Shown: positions 1 through 11,760, numbered from the stretch's first letter. The stretch: 32,000 bases of DNA from Adineta vaga (GCA_021613535.1 CP075496.1:118123-150122), one strand, 5' to 3'. Made by a program: numbers and translations. The notes: generated from the sequence alone by a model not told the origin.

Positions 1-251
1 ATTAAAATTTTAATTATGTCATTTTCTTACTTATTCTATTATAAATATAACACAAACTTCATGAAATAGTTGTGAATTTTCAACTGTTTTTTCAATAGAG
101 AATATCTTTTAATGTCAAGATTCAAATTATATGTCACTCGGAAGACAAATCATCTATTTGCTTTAAAAGTGGTTGTACTAGATACAGATTTTAATTCTTT
201 CTTGAAAAATTTTATTTTCGAAGAAAAACATTAGAAGAATATCAAATCAAT

Positions 252-273
252 ACACCCACACCCACCCACACCC
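252..273. repeat. Telomere-like C-rich tract (CCCACA-type)
   Basis: acacccacacccacccacaccca read directly. Confidence 0.7.
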
Positions 274-1036
274 AAAACGAATTGTTTCTTCCTGTTCGAT
301 CTGTAAAACCAGTAATTTAGACCAATTGAGTAAGCGTTTAAAACAAGATAACTACATGCATTAAGAACTTTTTTAAAAATTTAAATAAATACATCATCTT
401 CCAAGATATTAGTGTTAACCTATGAAAATATACCATATGAATGTGGGTATACATCTTCTTAGTTTTCGCCTCCAATCATATTCATATCCATATTCCACAT
501 CCTCATCTTCGCAATACACACGACAGATACTAAAAACAAAGAAGAAAGCATTTTTTTGTTACATTCTCTTGTGTATTAATACGTAAATCGTTATCTTACA
601 TTATTTGTATTTTCGTAACGACGGCAATGATAACAAAGATCATTAAGATAAATTTTTTCAATCGAACGTGGAGAAAAATATATTAATGATAAGTGATGAC
701 ATATACAATACAAAATAAGATCTAAAAAGAGTTGATTTCTAATTAAATCTACGAGATATAGATATTTTGTATCTCATCAATATTTTATCTTATCAAACAT
801 TGTGTAAATAATACGATGATAATGATTTCATTCATTTGTCAATGAATAAGAGAAGAACAAATATACATATTTGAATTCCATTACATTGTCAGAAGAGATT
901 ACATGATGAATAGTTTATATTTTTTTCAACTTTTACTTCTAAATCAATTGTATAAATTTGTAAAAACAAAAAAAAAAGAAATTTTGCTTGTTTAATTTAT
1001 AATAAAGTGAAAAACGAAAAACAAAAACCGATTGAA

Positions 1037-1487
1037 TCAAGCACATCTATAAACTTCCTTTCCAACAGCTTTTCCACAACCACCTGCATCAGATTTATAA
1101 ACTGTTTTTGAACCTGATATTGTTTTTCCACAGCCTAAAGAAAAAAAAAACTCATCATCTATAAACAAACATCAAATATTCTTTTCTTATAACCTGTTGC
1201 AGCGTAATTTTTAACCATATCTCTACAAGCATTTTCACAATTAGCCATAGCCGGATCATTACATGAACAAAACATACAACTTGAAATTTTCCATGTATGA
1301 AATGGAAAATGAACTGTATCAGATACAGCTTTACATTCACATCTTATATTAAATTTAAAAAAAAAATAATGAAATTTTCTTAAAATAACAAATGAAATTA
1401 ATTTTACTTTCGTCGTATTCCACCAAGAAAACCTTGAGTTTGAATAAAAATAGCGAAAAGAATAGTTATTAATACGATATATTTCAT
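1037..1487 (-). CDS. Small secreted cysteine-rich protein, 3 exons (1408-1487, 1194-1342, 1037-1134), 108 aa
   Basis: Manual splicing with GT-AG introns of 65 and 59 bp; exon sum 327 nt (109 codons). Product MKYIVLITILFAIFIQTQGFLGGIRRKCECKAVSDTVHFPFHTWKISSCMFCSCNDPAMANCENACRDMVKNYAATGCGKTISGSKTVYKSDAGGCGKAVGKEVYRCA*. Hydrophobic leader and 10 Cys. Confidence 0.75.
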
Positions 1488-1884
1488 CTTAGTACGTTTT
1501 TATTTTACAATGATATATGTATAGATTCTATTTAGAGACAAAGATATTTATACAAAAGAATAACGATATTCTTATCTTTCTTATACACATTTATTCAAAC
1601 ATGACAAGTACTCGATCAGAATGATAACATATTCTTTTGCATTTCTATATACAAATCGACAAATGTTTAATAGCATATCTTTCTTTTTCTTCTTCATTTT
1701 ATCAGTTCTATCGTTAATAGACAAAAATAAACTCTTTATATTTATTCCTATTTGTTATTATTTTTCTTTTCATTAAATGAGATTTATCTCTTTAGATATT
1801 TCACATCTTTTATATCTTTATTTACTTCATCTAAACATAATTCAATCGTTTACACAATCACTAACATAAAGATTTTCTTCAACA

Positions 1885-2120
1885 TTTAAATGATAAACAT
1901 GTGGGAACATTCAACTGATTTGAGTTATTTCCAGATTCATATCCATCAATAACAATTTCACTTTTTTTTACATTCTTCATATTATAGGACACTACTTGAT
2001 GATTTCCAAAATCTGTTACATAAATTGATTAATAATCATCATCAACAAATAAATACATAGGTCCACTAAGTTGATTGAATCGATATCCTTTTCCATTTTC
2101 TTCAGCAACAATTATTCAAT
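1885..2120 (-). pseudogene. NHL-repeat protein fragment
   Basis: Reverse strand reads IVAEENGKGYRFNQLSGPMYLFVDDDY*SIYVTDFGNHQVVSYNM, then in another frame IVIDGYESGNNSNQLNVPT. This is NHL-like spacing (GNxxNQLxxPxxxxVDxxxxIYVxDxxNHxV) with a TAA and a frame change. Confidence 0.6.
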
Positions 2121-2658
2121 TTTATTTTCATTGGATTTCGTTCTATGTAAAAATATTTAATTAACATTTTATAATGAAATATATAACAATAGAATTAATT
2201 GTAAAATAACAATATATATAATTCATTTTCTTTTCTCGTTTAAATAGAATATTTTTAAAGAGTAATATATGATCAATCGAAAAAACAACCGCACCTTTCT
2301 CAATTTTACAAACATCATGAAAGAAATAAGAAAAAAAACATTTTTTTAACTTTTTATTTGTATAAAAACAAACAAAAGTTGTTGAGAAAAGATTTTTTTC
2401 ACTTTGAATCAATAATAATGATAGATTTATTCTTTAAATGAAAAGAGAATTTGTCGATAAAACAAATATTTACCAAGGAAGAAGAAAAAATGAGTCATTT
2501 TTATATTGTTTCATATGACGTAAAGAAAAAAAAAGAAAATTTATGATCGTATTCGAAGCAACACCATTTTGCCAGATAAGCAATCTTCTTTTCCTATTAA
2601 TCGAATATTTGTTATTATATTTCAGTACTTTCATTGTATTTTATATTGAAAATTGTTG

Positions 2659-3375
2659 ATGACAAGTGAATTGAAAGAATGTCGTATATGTTATGAAGAT
2701 AAGACGTTCGATGATCTTATAAATCCGTGTTTATGTGATGGTGCTTTGGCTTTTGTTCATCGAAAATGTTTAAATGAATGGCGATTACAAAATATAAACG
2801 AAAATAATTTAAAATTTTGTGAAATATGTCATTTCAAATATATTATTGAAACTGTTGTTAATGATTCAAAAGTGAAAAGAATTCAACTTTTCAAATATTA
2901 TTTTTTCTTTATTTTTTATTTTATAATATATTTTATGTTAATTCAATATATTATTTTCATCTTAGCGATAATATTGAAAACTATCGATACGGATTGTGGA
3001 AAGATTAAAAATCTATTTTCAACATCAATCGATGGTTTTTTTATTTATTATTTAAATGCATTTATTCTATTATTACCTATAACTTCTATTATTGCTTCAT
3101 TTATATTCTTCTCTCAAACCAATAATCATAATAATAACAATCAAAGAGTTTTACAAAATAGTACAATAATTGATCTAGTCATTGTTATTATTATTTGGAT
3201 ATTAGTTGGTTTGATTTTGGTATTATTCAGTAGTGTAATCATATTGAAGAAAATAATGAATTTTCATGTTGATAAATTATCATTACGACAAGAAAAGAAT
3301 ATATATCAGATAAAAGATTTTCAAAAGAGAAGAAATGAATTAGTAAAATATAAAAAATCTTTTTTATATTTATAA
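2659..3375 (+). CDS. RING-CH (MARCH-like) zinc-finger membrane protein
   Basis: ORF with ATG at 2659. ECRICYEDKT..NPCLCDGALAFVHRKCLNEWR..FCEICHFKY matches C4HC3 RING-CH, followed by several hydrophobic TM-like segments. Confidence 0.85.
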   Translation: MTSELKECRICYEDKTFDDLINPCLCDGALAFVHRKCLNEWRLQNINENNLKFCEICHFKYIIETVVNDSKVKRIQLFKYYFFFIFYFIIYFMLIQYIIFILAIILKTIDTDCGKIKNLFSTSIDGFFIYYLNAFILLLPITSIIASFIFFSQTNNHNNNNQRVLQNSTIIDLVIVIIIWILVGLILVLFSSVIILKKIMNFHVDKLSLRQEKNIYQIKDFQKRRNELVKYKKSFLYL

Positions 3376-4020
3376 AATTGTTGATAAATGAAAATAAACT
3401 TTTTCATATTTTCTTATATTTTAATCGACTATTATTATACTGGAGATTTCTTTTAAATCAAAACATTATCTATATGTATTCAAATTTTGTCGAACTGATT
3501 CCGGAATATGCAACATCGCGGAATAGGATGACTGCTCGAAAATATCCACAAAAATTGACGATAATTTATTTCTGTTCGATAAAGACAATTTATAGTTAAA
3601 ATAAATAAGAAAAGATAATATTTTTTATTGAAATTTAAAAGTTTGAAAAAACGAAACACTCTGCATAATAGGTTTTTAAGCATAAAAACGAAAAAAAATC
3701 GACTAAGGAAAAATGACAAATAAACAAAGTAAACGGAAAAGAAAAAGAAAGATCAAAGGGAGGATCTAAATGGAAAAACAATGAAAAGATGGTTGAAGGG
3801 GTAGACTGTTTGAAAGGATAATCAGTGTTCAATGGATAGATGTAATAACTATTAGTGGAACATCTAATTAATCGAACTTTATATGAATAAGTGGTTTTAT
3901 TAAAAGGAAACCGACCAATATTGGATAATGGTTTTGCTTTAAGTTTTAATTAATAAATAATAAATAATAATTGTGATTAACGACTATGTACTAATCGTCG
4001 TCGTAAATTGCCTGCATTTC

Positions 4021-4074
4021 GTGAGGGTAAGGGTGGGTGAGAGAGAAGAAGAGGTACCCCCCTCACGCACACCC
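4021..4074. repeat. Inverted G-rich/C-rich telomere-like element
   Basis: gtgagggtaagggtgggtga...cccccctcacgcacaccc; GTGAGGG (4021-4027) pairs with CCCTCAC (4060-4066). Confidence 0.5.
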
Positions 4075-4079
4075 TTTTT

Positions 4080-4603
4080 TTAATCCACTACAATAGAAGA
4101 TAAATGAACGTTCGAACGACCACCATTTGCTGTTGACGTATATTCAACACCTATTTCTTGAACATTAGTAGAATTTTCTGATGGACTTTGATTTAAAACA
4201 AGTACAAGTGTTGTTGCATTATTATTGTTTAATTCAACTGGTCCAGAACCATACCATTCCCAGCTTGGTCCTGTTTTTATATAAAGTTTTGCCGATATTT
4301 TAGCATTATTATCAGAGTTCCATGGAAGACGACATACTTGAGCAGTTAACCGTTTACGCCCGCTAACGTTCAAAACTGATTTTTTTCGAGTAAAAAGGTA
4401 ATAATGACTATTTGCAGTTAGTTGTATATCAGCTTTAAGAGCATCTTCTGGTTTAATAACAAATTCGTCTGTTGACCGCAGATCACGAACTATATTACAG
4501 TATTTCTTTTCAACAACACCAGAAGAAAAATAGGAAGCATTTGGTGTACCACCTAAAGTAATATTATAACGATAAATGATTCGTTGATTTTGTGAAACAC
4601 GAT
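4080..4603 (-). CDS. Terminal exon of secreted protein with carbohydrate-binding-module-like C-terminus
   Basis: Open frame from a candidate 3' splice site (ctttcAG|AT, exon start 4603) to TAA at 4082-4080. Includes AKISAKLYIKTGPSWEWYGSGPVELNNNNATTLVLVLNQ...NVQEIGVEYTS...RSNVHLSSIVV, resembling C-terminal CBMs of mannanase-type enzymes. Upstream exons not found. Confidence 0.5.
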
Positions 4604-5718
4604 CTGAAAGAGAGTGTTGAAGTGTTTATAAGTAGAAATTTGCACGCATCCCCCGCAGACGGTAACAGAGGGATCAGAATGGTCAAAATAGCATCACAAA
4701 CCGTAACAGATATACGTTAGCATAAGATCACAGGTCTCCGCCGGGCCGATGGAAAACAGATAAGAACGCGTGCCAATAATTTGCCTCCTCGTGGGATAGT
4801 ATTATTCCAACCCACGAAGAGCCTTGATATCAACTCATAACGAGAGTGTTAATGTTGAGTAAACTTTTCAGATTCACCGAGGGAATGATACTCTTTAAAA
4901 TATTCAGTATATGCAAATGAAAGCAACTTTCGTTTTCTTTGTTCAAAATAATCGAAAGGATTTATTTCAATCTTTATTCGACTCGAGATGTAAAGTCGAA
5001 ACAAAAGAACATATACTTATGAACGATTTAGAATATTCTAAGGAGATCTGACGCTCTTAAAGTTACTCTTCTGATGCAAAATATGTATCTACTAAGTAAC
5101 TCCTATAAAAAAAACTGTATAGCTGACGATGATAAATATAGATAATATGGGATAAGTTAGTAGTTTTGATGGATCCGGAACTATGATAAAGGGGCGCTAC
5201 AAGAAAAATCTGTGGCCAGTCATCGAACACTATGTTAGTTTAAACTATTTGTCATACTTTTTCTTCGGATCTCTTTCAGGCACCTTTGGAGTTCTTGTGA
5301 TACATTGCTACACTGAGTACGATTCCGCTCAAGGGGTCCTGCTGTCTTGATGTCCTGTTCTACGCTCGTTACCCATGAACGTATTATTAAACTAATAACT
5401 AAAGATTTTTATATATTCTTTTGTATAAAAAATGAAAGGGACTTCGGAATCTCTCAATAAGACTTTCACCAATAGCCAAATTTCACTGTACTTCCGCCGT
5501 TAGCGTGAGTCTTATTGGCGGACATCCCACCACTCAGATAAAAATCAATATTGTGAACTGATTGTTATTTTTCATATTGATATGAGACAAATTAGTTATA
5601 AAATAGTTAATAAACTAATATACAGTGTTATAGTCAAAGGCCCAAAGAATGATTCATATTGTCGTATAAAATATCCTGCTGCTGTCGTGTAGGACAGAAA
5701 AAGTTGGTCTGTACTCAC

Positions 5719-6360
5719 CTCTGACACAAAAAATATTAATATTCCAATTACAATACACAATAATAGTTCCAATAATAATCGCCAGTTTCGAAACACTGTT
5801 AATGGACATGAGCTTTGTTTTGTATTTGTTCTTGGAGAATTTTCATGGTCACAAATATGTCCTTGATTAAGAGAACCTAAATCACATTTTCAATAGAATC
5901 GCCATAGAAAATCATTGCGACTTACAAGACTGTAATTTCAATTTATCCTCTTGATCATCAGAAATTTCATTGATCATATCATACGTGGCATTATCATAGA
6001 TATATCACGAACTGATTGATTAAGTTCTTTTGATTCAATTCGTCTTAAATGTCCTATATCAACAAATAAAAATAATAGTTTTGTAACAAAACTTTAAAAA
6101 AACCTTTGAGTAATTCGACAGCATTCATACAATGAATGAATTTGATCAAATGCATCAATTAAAAATGTTAAATCCTTTTCACTAATTCTTCTTTCTTCTA
6201 TAAGTCTTTCCATAATATTAAGTGTACCTGTAAGCGATGGATCATCTCGAAATCTTCGTGGAACAACACCACCAAGATAAAAATGTAAACGTGATCGATC
6301 TTCATTACTAAGATGATCTTGAATATCCAATAAAATAACACGTAAACGTTGAGTATCCAT
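5719..6360 (-). CDS. Putative death-effector-domain-like protein with TM segment (exons 6104-6360, 5985-6043, 5719-5876; 3' end uncertain)
   Basis: MDTQRLRVILLDIQDHLSNEDRSRLHFYLGGVVPRRFRDDPSLTGTLNIMERLIEERRISEKDLTFLIDAFDQIHS has a DED-like helical pattern. The three exons are phase-compatible with GT-AG junctions. Exon 3 encodes LLLELLLCIVIGILIFFVS (TM). Confidence 0.5.
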
Positions 6361-6699
6361 TATTTATTATTTATTCCACGAAGAAAATTGTATGATTAAT
6401 AAGAATATCTGCTAAGAAGAAAAAAATAGTGAATAATCAATTTGAATCTTGCCTTAAGCGATAAATTTATCGTTTTGTGGGATTTCATTTTTTCCTTTCT
6501 CTCATGTAGAGTATGGGAAAAATTGTCAAGTATGGAATATCACCACTTATTATACAATCACACAGTCGGTCTTGTCGATACTTTTCTTCTACTTTATTCT
6601 ATGAGAAAAATCTGTCCTTTCTCACATCTTCAGACTATAGATTTATCTATTGTAAATTACGAAGGATTGACATTCAGAGAGCTGATTCGAAAAAATGAC

Positions 6700-6760
6700 G
6701 TGGGTGTGGGTGTGGGTGTGAGTATGAAAGAACAGTAGATACCCACACCCACCTACACCC
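6700..6760. repeat. Inverted telomere-like tracts, G-rich then C-rich
   Basis: GTGGGTGTGGGT (6700-6711, again 6706-6717) is the exact reverse complement of ACCCACACCCAC (6741-6752). Confidence 0.75.
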
Positions 6761-6849
6761 TCGACTTCGAATGCTGATTTAGGAAATACAAGTCAATTTC
6801 TTTGTAAACTTCGTATCCTTGTTTTTTTCAATACATTAACCATAGCTTT

Positions 6850-7190
6850 TTGACTTATTACATTAGCTACTCTTGATTGCATGGTGTTCTTCTAACAGGA
6901 ATATTAATTATCGAAATCGAAGTACATTGAAAAATGCACAATGTGGTATTATTCTCATTGTGTTTATGTCAATTCTTATACAAATTCAACAGATCTTCTA
7001 TTATGAAGCCAATCTTACATATACTCCATTGAAATGTTATTCAAAAACGGTAACACGTGGTATTCTATCAGATTTATCCTTGATTATGATTACTGTCCTA
7101 ATTCCATTATCATTTATGTTTATCTTTGATCGAATGATTATTTTAAATATACACCACACACAATCACGTTTAGAAGCCACACAGCTATGA
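6850..7190 (+). pseudogene. 7TM receptor fragment (about TM4-TM5 to ICL3)
   Basis: AWCSSNRNINYRNRSTLKNAQCGIILIVFMSILIQIQQIFYYEANLTYTPLKCYSKTVTRGILSDLSLIMITVLIPLSFMFIFDRMIILNIHHTQSR. A LATLDC stretch lies just upstream in another frame, and there is no complete 7TM frame. Confidence 0.6.
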
Positions 7191-8188
7191 CAATGTCGGA
7201 TAGTAATGGAACTCTAAATCCCATTTTTGTCGATATTAGACATTTCAAACAACAACGCAAAACTGATAAACGATTATTCAACATTACAAAATACGATTGA
7301 AATTTTAACTTTCGATTTATTTCTTCTTTTTATAAATTGTTGTTTCGGGAATGCCATTCTATATTTATAGATTACCTGGAAGAAAAGCATTTGGAAAAGC
7401 ATCGTTAAATCTGTTTCATAGAAAATAAACATTATTGCCGCTCATAATCTCTTTATTTGGATAGAGAATAATAATCCTACGGAAATAGAATGAAAGCTAT
7501 GAAAGAGAAAATAAATTAAAAAGACGTAATTTCTTAAGATAAAATGTTTAGAGTGTATCGTGTGTCTGACATAAACAGAACTGATATATAATATTTTGAT
7601 AGATGAAAGTGTTTTAGTCTATTTCCAGATTATCATTTGATAGACGAATAATATATAAACTAATTAAAATCAACGAATTTGTATGTTAAAGATCATTTGT
7701 ATTGAACTGAATATGTATCGAAGTCTTACTTGTACATGGTAATAATCAATTATATCTGAATATTTTCGAACAGATGATGAAAAAAAGCCTTTCAATTAAA
7801 ATTTATTGTATATTATTACGAAGTTTAAAAAAAAGTTATTTTTAAAATATATCGATGAATTGAAATATTCTGCGGAGTTTTATTTATCTCATTTTATATT
7901 AAATTAAGCAGAAAAATACATCAAGTTTTACAAAATTATAGGTATATCAGTATTAGACATGTGACATACAGACATTATCACTTATGTAAATTTTGATAAA
8001 AATGGATACTCGACATCTTCAATTATTCAATTTCGTTGATGATATTAAACTAATTGGAGTAGAAATTTTCTATCTATGTTTCATTGAATGAGTTAAGGAA
8101 AATAGGAAGACATTTATTTAGAGATGCGTTAATAATCATAAATAAAAGCTCGAGTCTTCTTTTTTTCTTAAAAACATTTTTCATAAAA

Positions 8189-9100
8189 ATGAATCTCTCA
8201 ATAAATGATACAACACTAAAAAAAAGCGATTATAGTCTTATTGCTCCTTTATCAATGTCATTTTCTGTAATTGCTATTTTAATTAGTTTATATATATTAA
8301 TTCTGATTATATTAACAAAACAATTACATACAATAAATCGTTTATTAATTTGTAATACATGTTTAGCTTCTATTTTATATTGTCTTGTTCAATTTATTCT
8401 TTATATTTATCTTTTAATATTAAAATGGATTACAGATGATCAATCATGTCGATGGCGTGCTTATTTTTCATATATGTCGTTAGTTGCATTTGTCTATTCT
8501 TATGTTATTCAAATAATATCAAGATTTTTTTTTATTAATTTATATACAAAATATCGTTGGTTAATTTCATATAAAGTACATATTTATTTAATTTTATTTG
8601 GATGGATTGTGATATTAATATTACCATTACCATCACTTTTAACAAATGATATTCATTTCCGTGCTGATGAAATTTGTTGGGTACCACCAGATAAGTTAAT
8701 ACATTCAAATTATACAATTGTTGCATATTATATAATACCAATTATATTAATTATTCTATTTAGTATTGTTATAATGATTCGAATATATAATTATAAAAAT
8801 ACAACAACAATACAACGTAATAAAAAAAGAAGAGAACGTGATTCAGAAATCTTTCGTAATATAATGATATCATTTAGTGTTTATTTTCTTGGTGGTATTC
8901 CATATATGATTAATCAATTTACAAATATTGAATTTTTCTATTCAGTCGGTGTAGTTTCTGTGACATTTGTTGTTAATATGGAAAAATTAATTATTATTTA
9001 TCTTGATCGAGATATTCGAAATATTGTTAAAAATTATTTTTATCAAAGACATACTCGAGTTACACCAGTGACATTTAATCCTACTTTTACTGTTCGTTAA
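8189..9100 (+). CDS. Rhodopsin-like 7TM G-protein-coupled receptor
   Basis: 303-aa ORF from ATG 8189 (MNLSINDTT, N-glycosylation motif at N-terminus) with seven hydrophobic segments and an amphipathic C-terminal tail. Confidence 0.8.
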   Translation: MNLSINDTTLKKSDYSLIAPLSMSFSVIAILISLYILILIILTKQLHTINRLLICNTCLASILYCLVQFILYIYLLILKWITDDQSCRWRAYFSYMSLVAFVYSYVIQIISRFFFINLYTKYRWLISYKVHIYLILFGWIVILILPLPSLLTNDIHFRADEICWVPPDKLIHSNYTIVAYYIIPIILIILFSIVIMIRIYNYKNTTTIQRNKKRRERDSEIFRNIMISFSVYFLGGIPYMINQFTNIEFFYSVGVVSVTFVVNMEKLIIIYLDRDIRNIVKNYFYQRHTRVTPVTFNPTFTVR

Positions 9101-10571
9101 TTACAAGTAATGCTCGTCGGACTGATTCGCTTAACTCTCGACTATGGAGGACGGGTATTTTCAGTTTGTCACACTAGTGAGATGAATTGATCTGGAAACT
9201 TAAGATAGGAGAAAATGGCTCTCATGTTATTGGCAAAATATGTATTAACCTTCGAAAACAGAATATCAACTTTTTTTTCGTAAAATCAATTTCACCCAAC
9301 ACTCTTGTTCATACTGTGTCACGATGATTTCTGACTAGCGTTCACTGATGTTTTTTTTATACCTTTGCCACAAACTCACAGACTGGCTGGTTAATGGTCC
9401 TCTTTTTACTACAATTCTTCTCCTATTCCTCCTTTTTCATTTTAATTTCAAAATCAATAAATTGAATACCGTGAAAAAACAAAAACTCGATGTTGAAAAG
9501 AATTAAATCATTGGAACAGGAGACAGAACTCATGTTGAAATATAAAAAGCTTCAATCAAAACTTCACAATACAAGAAACACCAATAAGGACCACTTCATA
9601 AAAACGTTACATATCCTGCATTCTAAATTTCGATAACAACACGAACGACTGATTTCAAAACTTTAACCCCGAAATTTTCCCTCACGGCTACCCATTGTAA
9701 ATCGCAACCAATACCCCACTCGCCTTACCCTCTTAACAAGTTACTAGTTTAGCCCTACCACTCGCACTGACCACGCATCTCTATAGCACCGAACATCGAT
9801 AAACTGACACTGACGTTCACTGGACCAGTGGTGCACCGACACTGTTTACACTGAAAGCACAGTAAACACCGACACAGTATTCACTGGGCTAGTGTGACTA
9901 CACTGGGATTTTATTATTGGTGCGTATTAATTCGAAATAACATATAAGAGAACGATATCTTTCGCAGGTAATATGTGGATGAATACAAAATTTTTATTCG
10001 ATGGAAGAATTTTAGCTGTATAATCCATTTCCCTATAATTGATAATTGATCTATTCGAAATAATTTGACTTGCATATTTCTTTGTTAATAAACTAATGAA
10101 TAGCGATTATGAAATAACATCTACCTATTCCATTGTAAAGAAACTATGCTCCACTTATTATTGTATTCTTTTATATCCTACTCTCTGTTGTCGATTCTTC
10201 TCATATATGACAAGTAACGCTCGTCTTTAGACTCGCTTAGCTCTTTCTCGTAGAAATATTGCTTTCAGATGGTATATTTTTTATGCATTATTGTGTATAT
10301 AAGTTTATTTTCAGCATAGATTAGATATTTTCACAAAAGCAACAATAGATACGTATACCAAAATGTTAAATATAGGATTAGATATTTTGAAGAAATACTA
10401 ATACAATTAGGAAGATTATGAATGATTACATCAAATTAAGATAAATGTAAAGAAAGAAGTAAAGAAAGTGAACATATATGAATAGTTATTTTGAGATAAT
10501 TTCAAATTATGATACATTTTATATGCTTGCAATAACACTAGACTCTTAGCAAAGTATCGATTTACACATGT

Positions 10572-11263
10572 TCAAAAAATGAAAGAGATACACTCTCGTT
10601 TTGTCTTCTTGCCAAGTTCATCTAAACGTTTGAGTTCAGCGTCTTGGGCAGAAGAAGGTTGAACTTGTAGAACCTTCATGTCGAAAGGTCGAAGAATAAC
10701 TATATCATCACCTTTCTTCACTCTGCTGAGTGGTACATATATCGATGCTACTTGCAGTGTCCCAGGCGGGACTTGAAGATCGACTACGATTTTGTTCATT
10801 GTGAGTCCTTGCGCCTTGTATGTAGTTATAGCGAAGGCAGGTACAATTGGTAGTTGCGTTCTTGTAACTTGAATGACTTGTGGAATTTTTCTCCCACTTT
10901 GCGCTCGATCGAATAGATGCCCGAAGAGTTGCTTTATAGGAACAGTGAATCGCTTTTTGATTAATGGAATAGGAATTAGTTTAGGACGAAGACCATCAAG
11001 ATTTGTTTCTACTTGTGATGTATTAATTTCCACGAGTGCATATAATGGTTTTCGTATGTATATTGTATTGGGGGAGAATACATCGCTCTTTATCTTAAAA
11101 CCCCTTGGCTCCTCCTGATCATCGTATATGAGCTCTCGAAAAATTCCTTGTGTACCATTCGAAAGCCCTAGTTCACACGCAATGTTATCGGTGAGAAGTA
11201 CAGGCATGTTGGGTACGAAGGGTAAGAGACCGGGTAGAAGCTCGGTCTTGTTATCTGATAGAT
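10572..11263 (-). pseudogene. C-terminal fragment of PIF1-like helicase (Helitron- or PIF1-derived)
   Basis: LLPGLLPFVPNMPVLLTDNIACELGLSNGTQGIFRELIYDD...VPAFAITTYKAQGLTMNKIVVDL...QVASIYVPLSRVKKGDDIVI matches late PIF1/RecD-type helicase motifs. N-terminal motifs absent, frame blocked upstream by TGA. Confidence 0.7.
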
Positions 11264-11409
11264 GGACGTTACTTCAAAATTCGTTTGTGAAAGTAAGTTA
11301 CTAATTATTACATCACCACACATTGCACACAATATTGTATTTACCCTATTTATCCATTTGACTGTACCCGGTATCATACGATTATGCATTTCTCCCGAAA
11401 ATCGGTACC

Positions 11410-11760
11410 CTCTGTTTCAAAAAAAATTTTTAATTCTCAAAAAACTAACACCAAATTCGAGTTCCTCGACACGAAAACACCTTTATGTCAACTCTTGTAA
11501 AAGAATATGTTTTTGGCAAAAAACTTTTCCTGTCTCAAAAAAATATTTTTTTATGCGAAATTTCAAAAAACTAACATCAGATTCGTTTTCCCCAACCCAA
11601 AAAACCCTTTGGCCAAATTTTAGAAAAAAAAAAGTTTTTTATAAAAAAATGGTCCTTTGTCTTAAAAAAATATTTTTTTATGCAAAATTTCAAAAAACTA
11701 ACATCAGATTCGAAGTCTCCGCATTGAAATACCTCTGGAAATGTCTTTTCGGAAAAATCG
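11410..11760. repeat. About 127-bp imperfect tandem repeat, roughly 3 copies
   Basis: The 'ctaacaccaaattcg / ctaacatcagattcg' module recurs at about 11444, 11570 and 11698. Copies 2 and 3 share tgtcttaaaaaaatatttttttatgcaaaatttcaaaaaactaacatcagattcg almost exactly. Confidence 0.75.

Noticed and set aside
3480-3832. Two overlapping minus-strand ORFs
   Set aside because: F/S/L-rich translation of AT-rich intergenic DNA with no domain or gene context.
8535-8741. Minus-strand ORF
   Set aside because: Antisense to the GPCR coding sequence.
11410-11760. CRISPR-like array
   Set aside because: Units are imperfect tandem copies with no unique spacers, in a clearly eukaryotic context.
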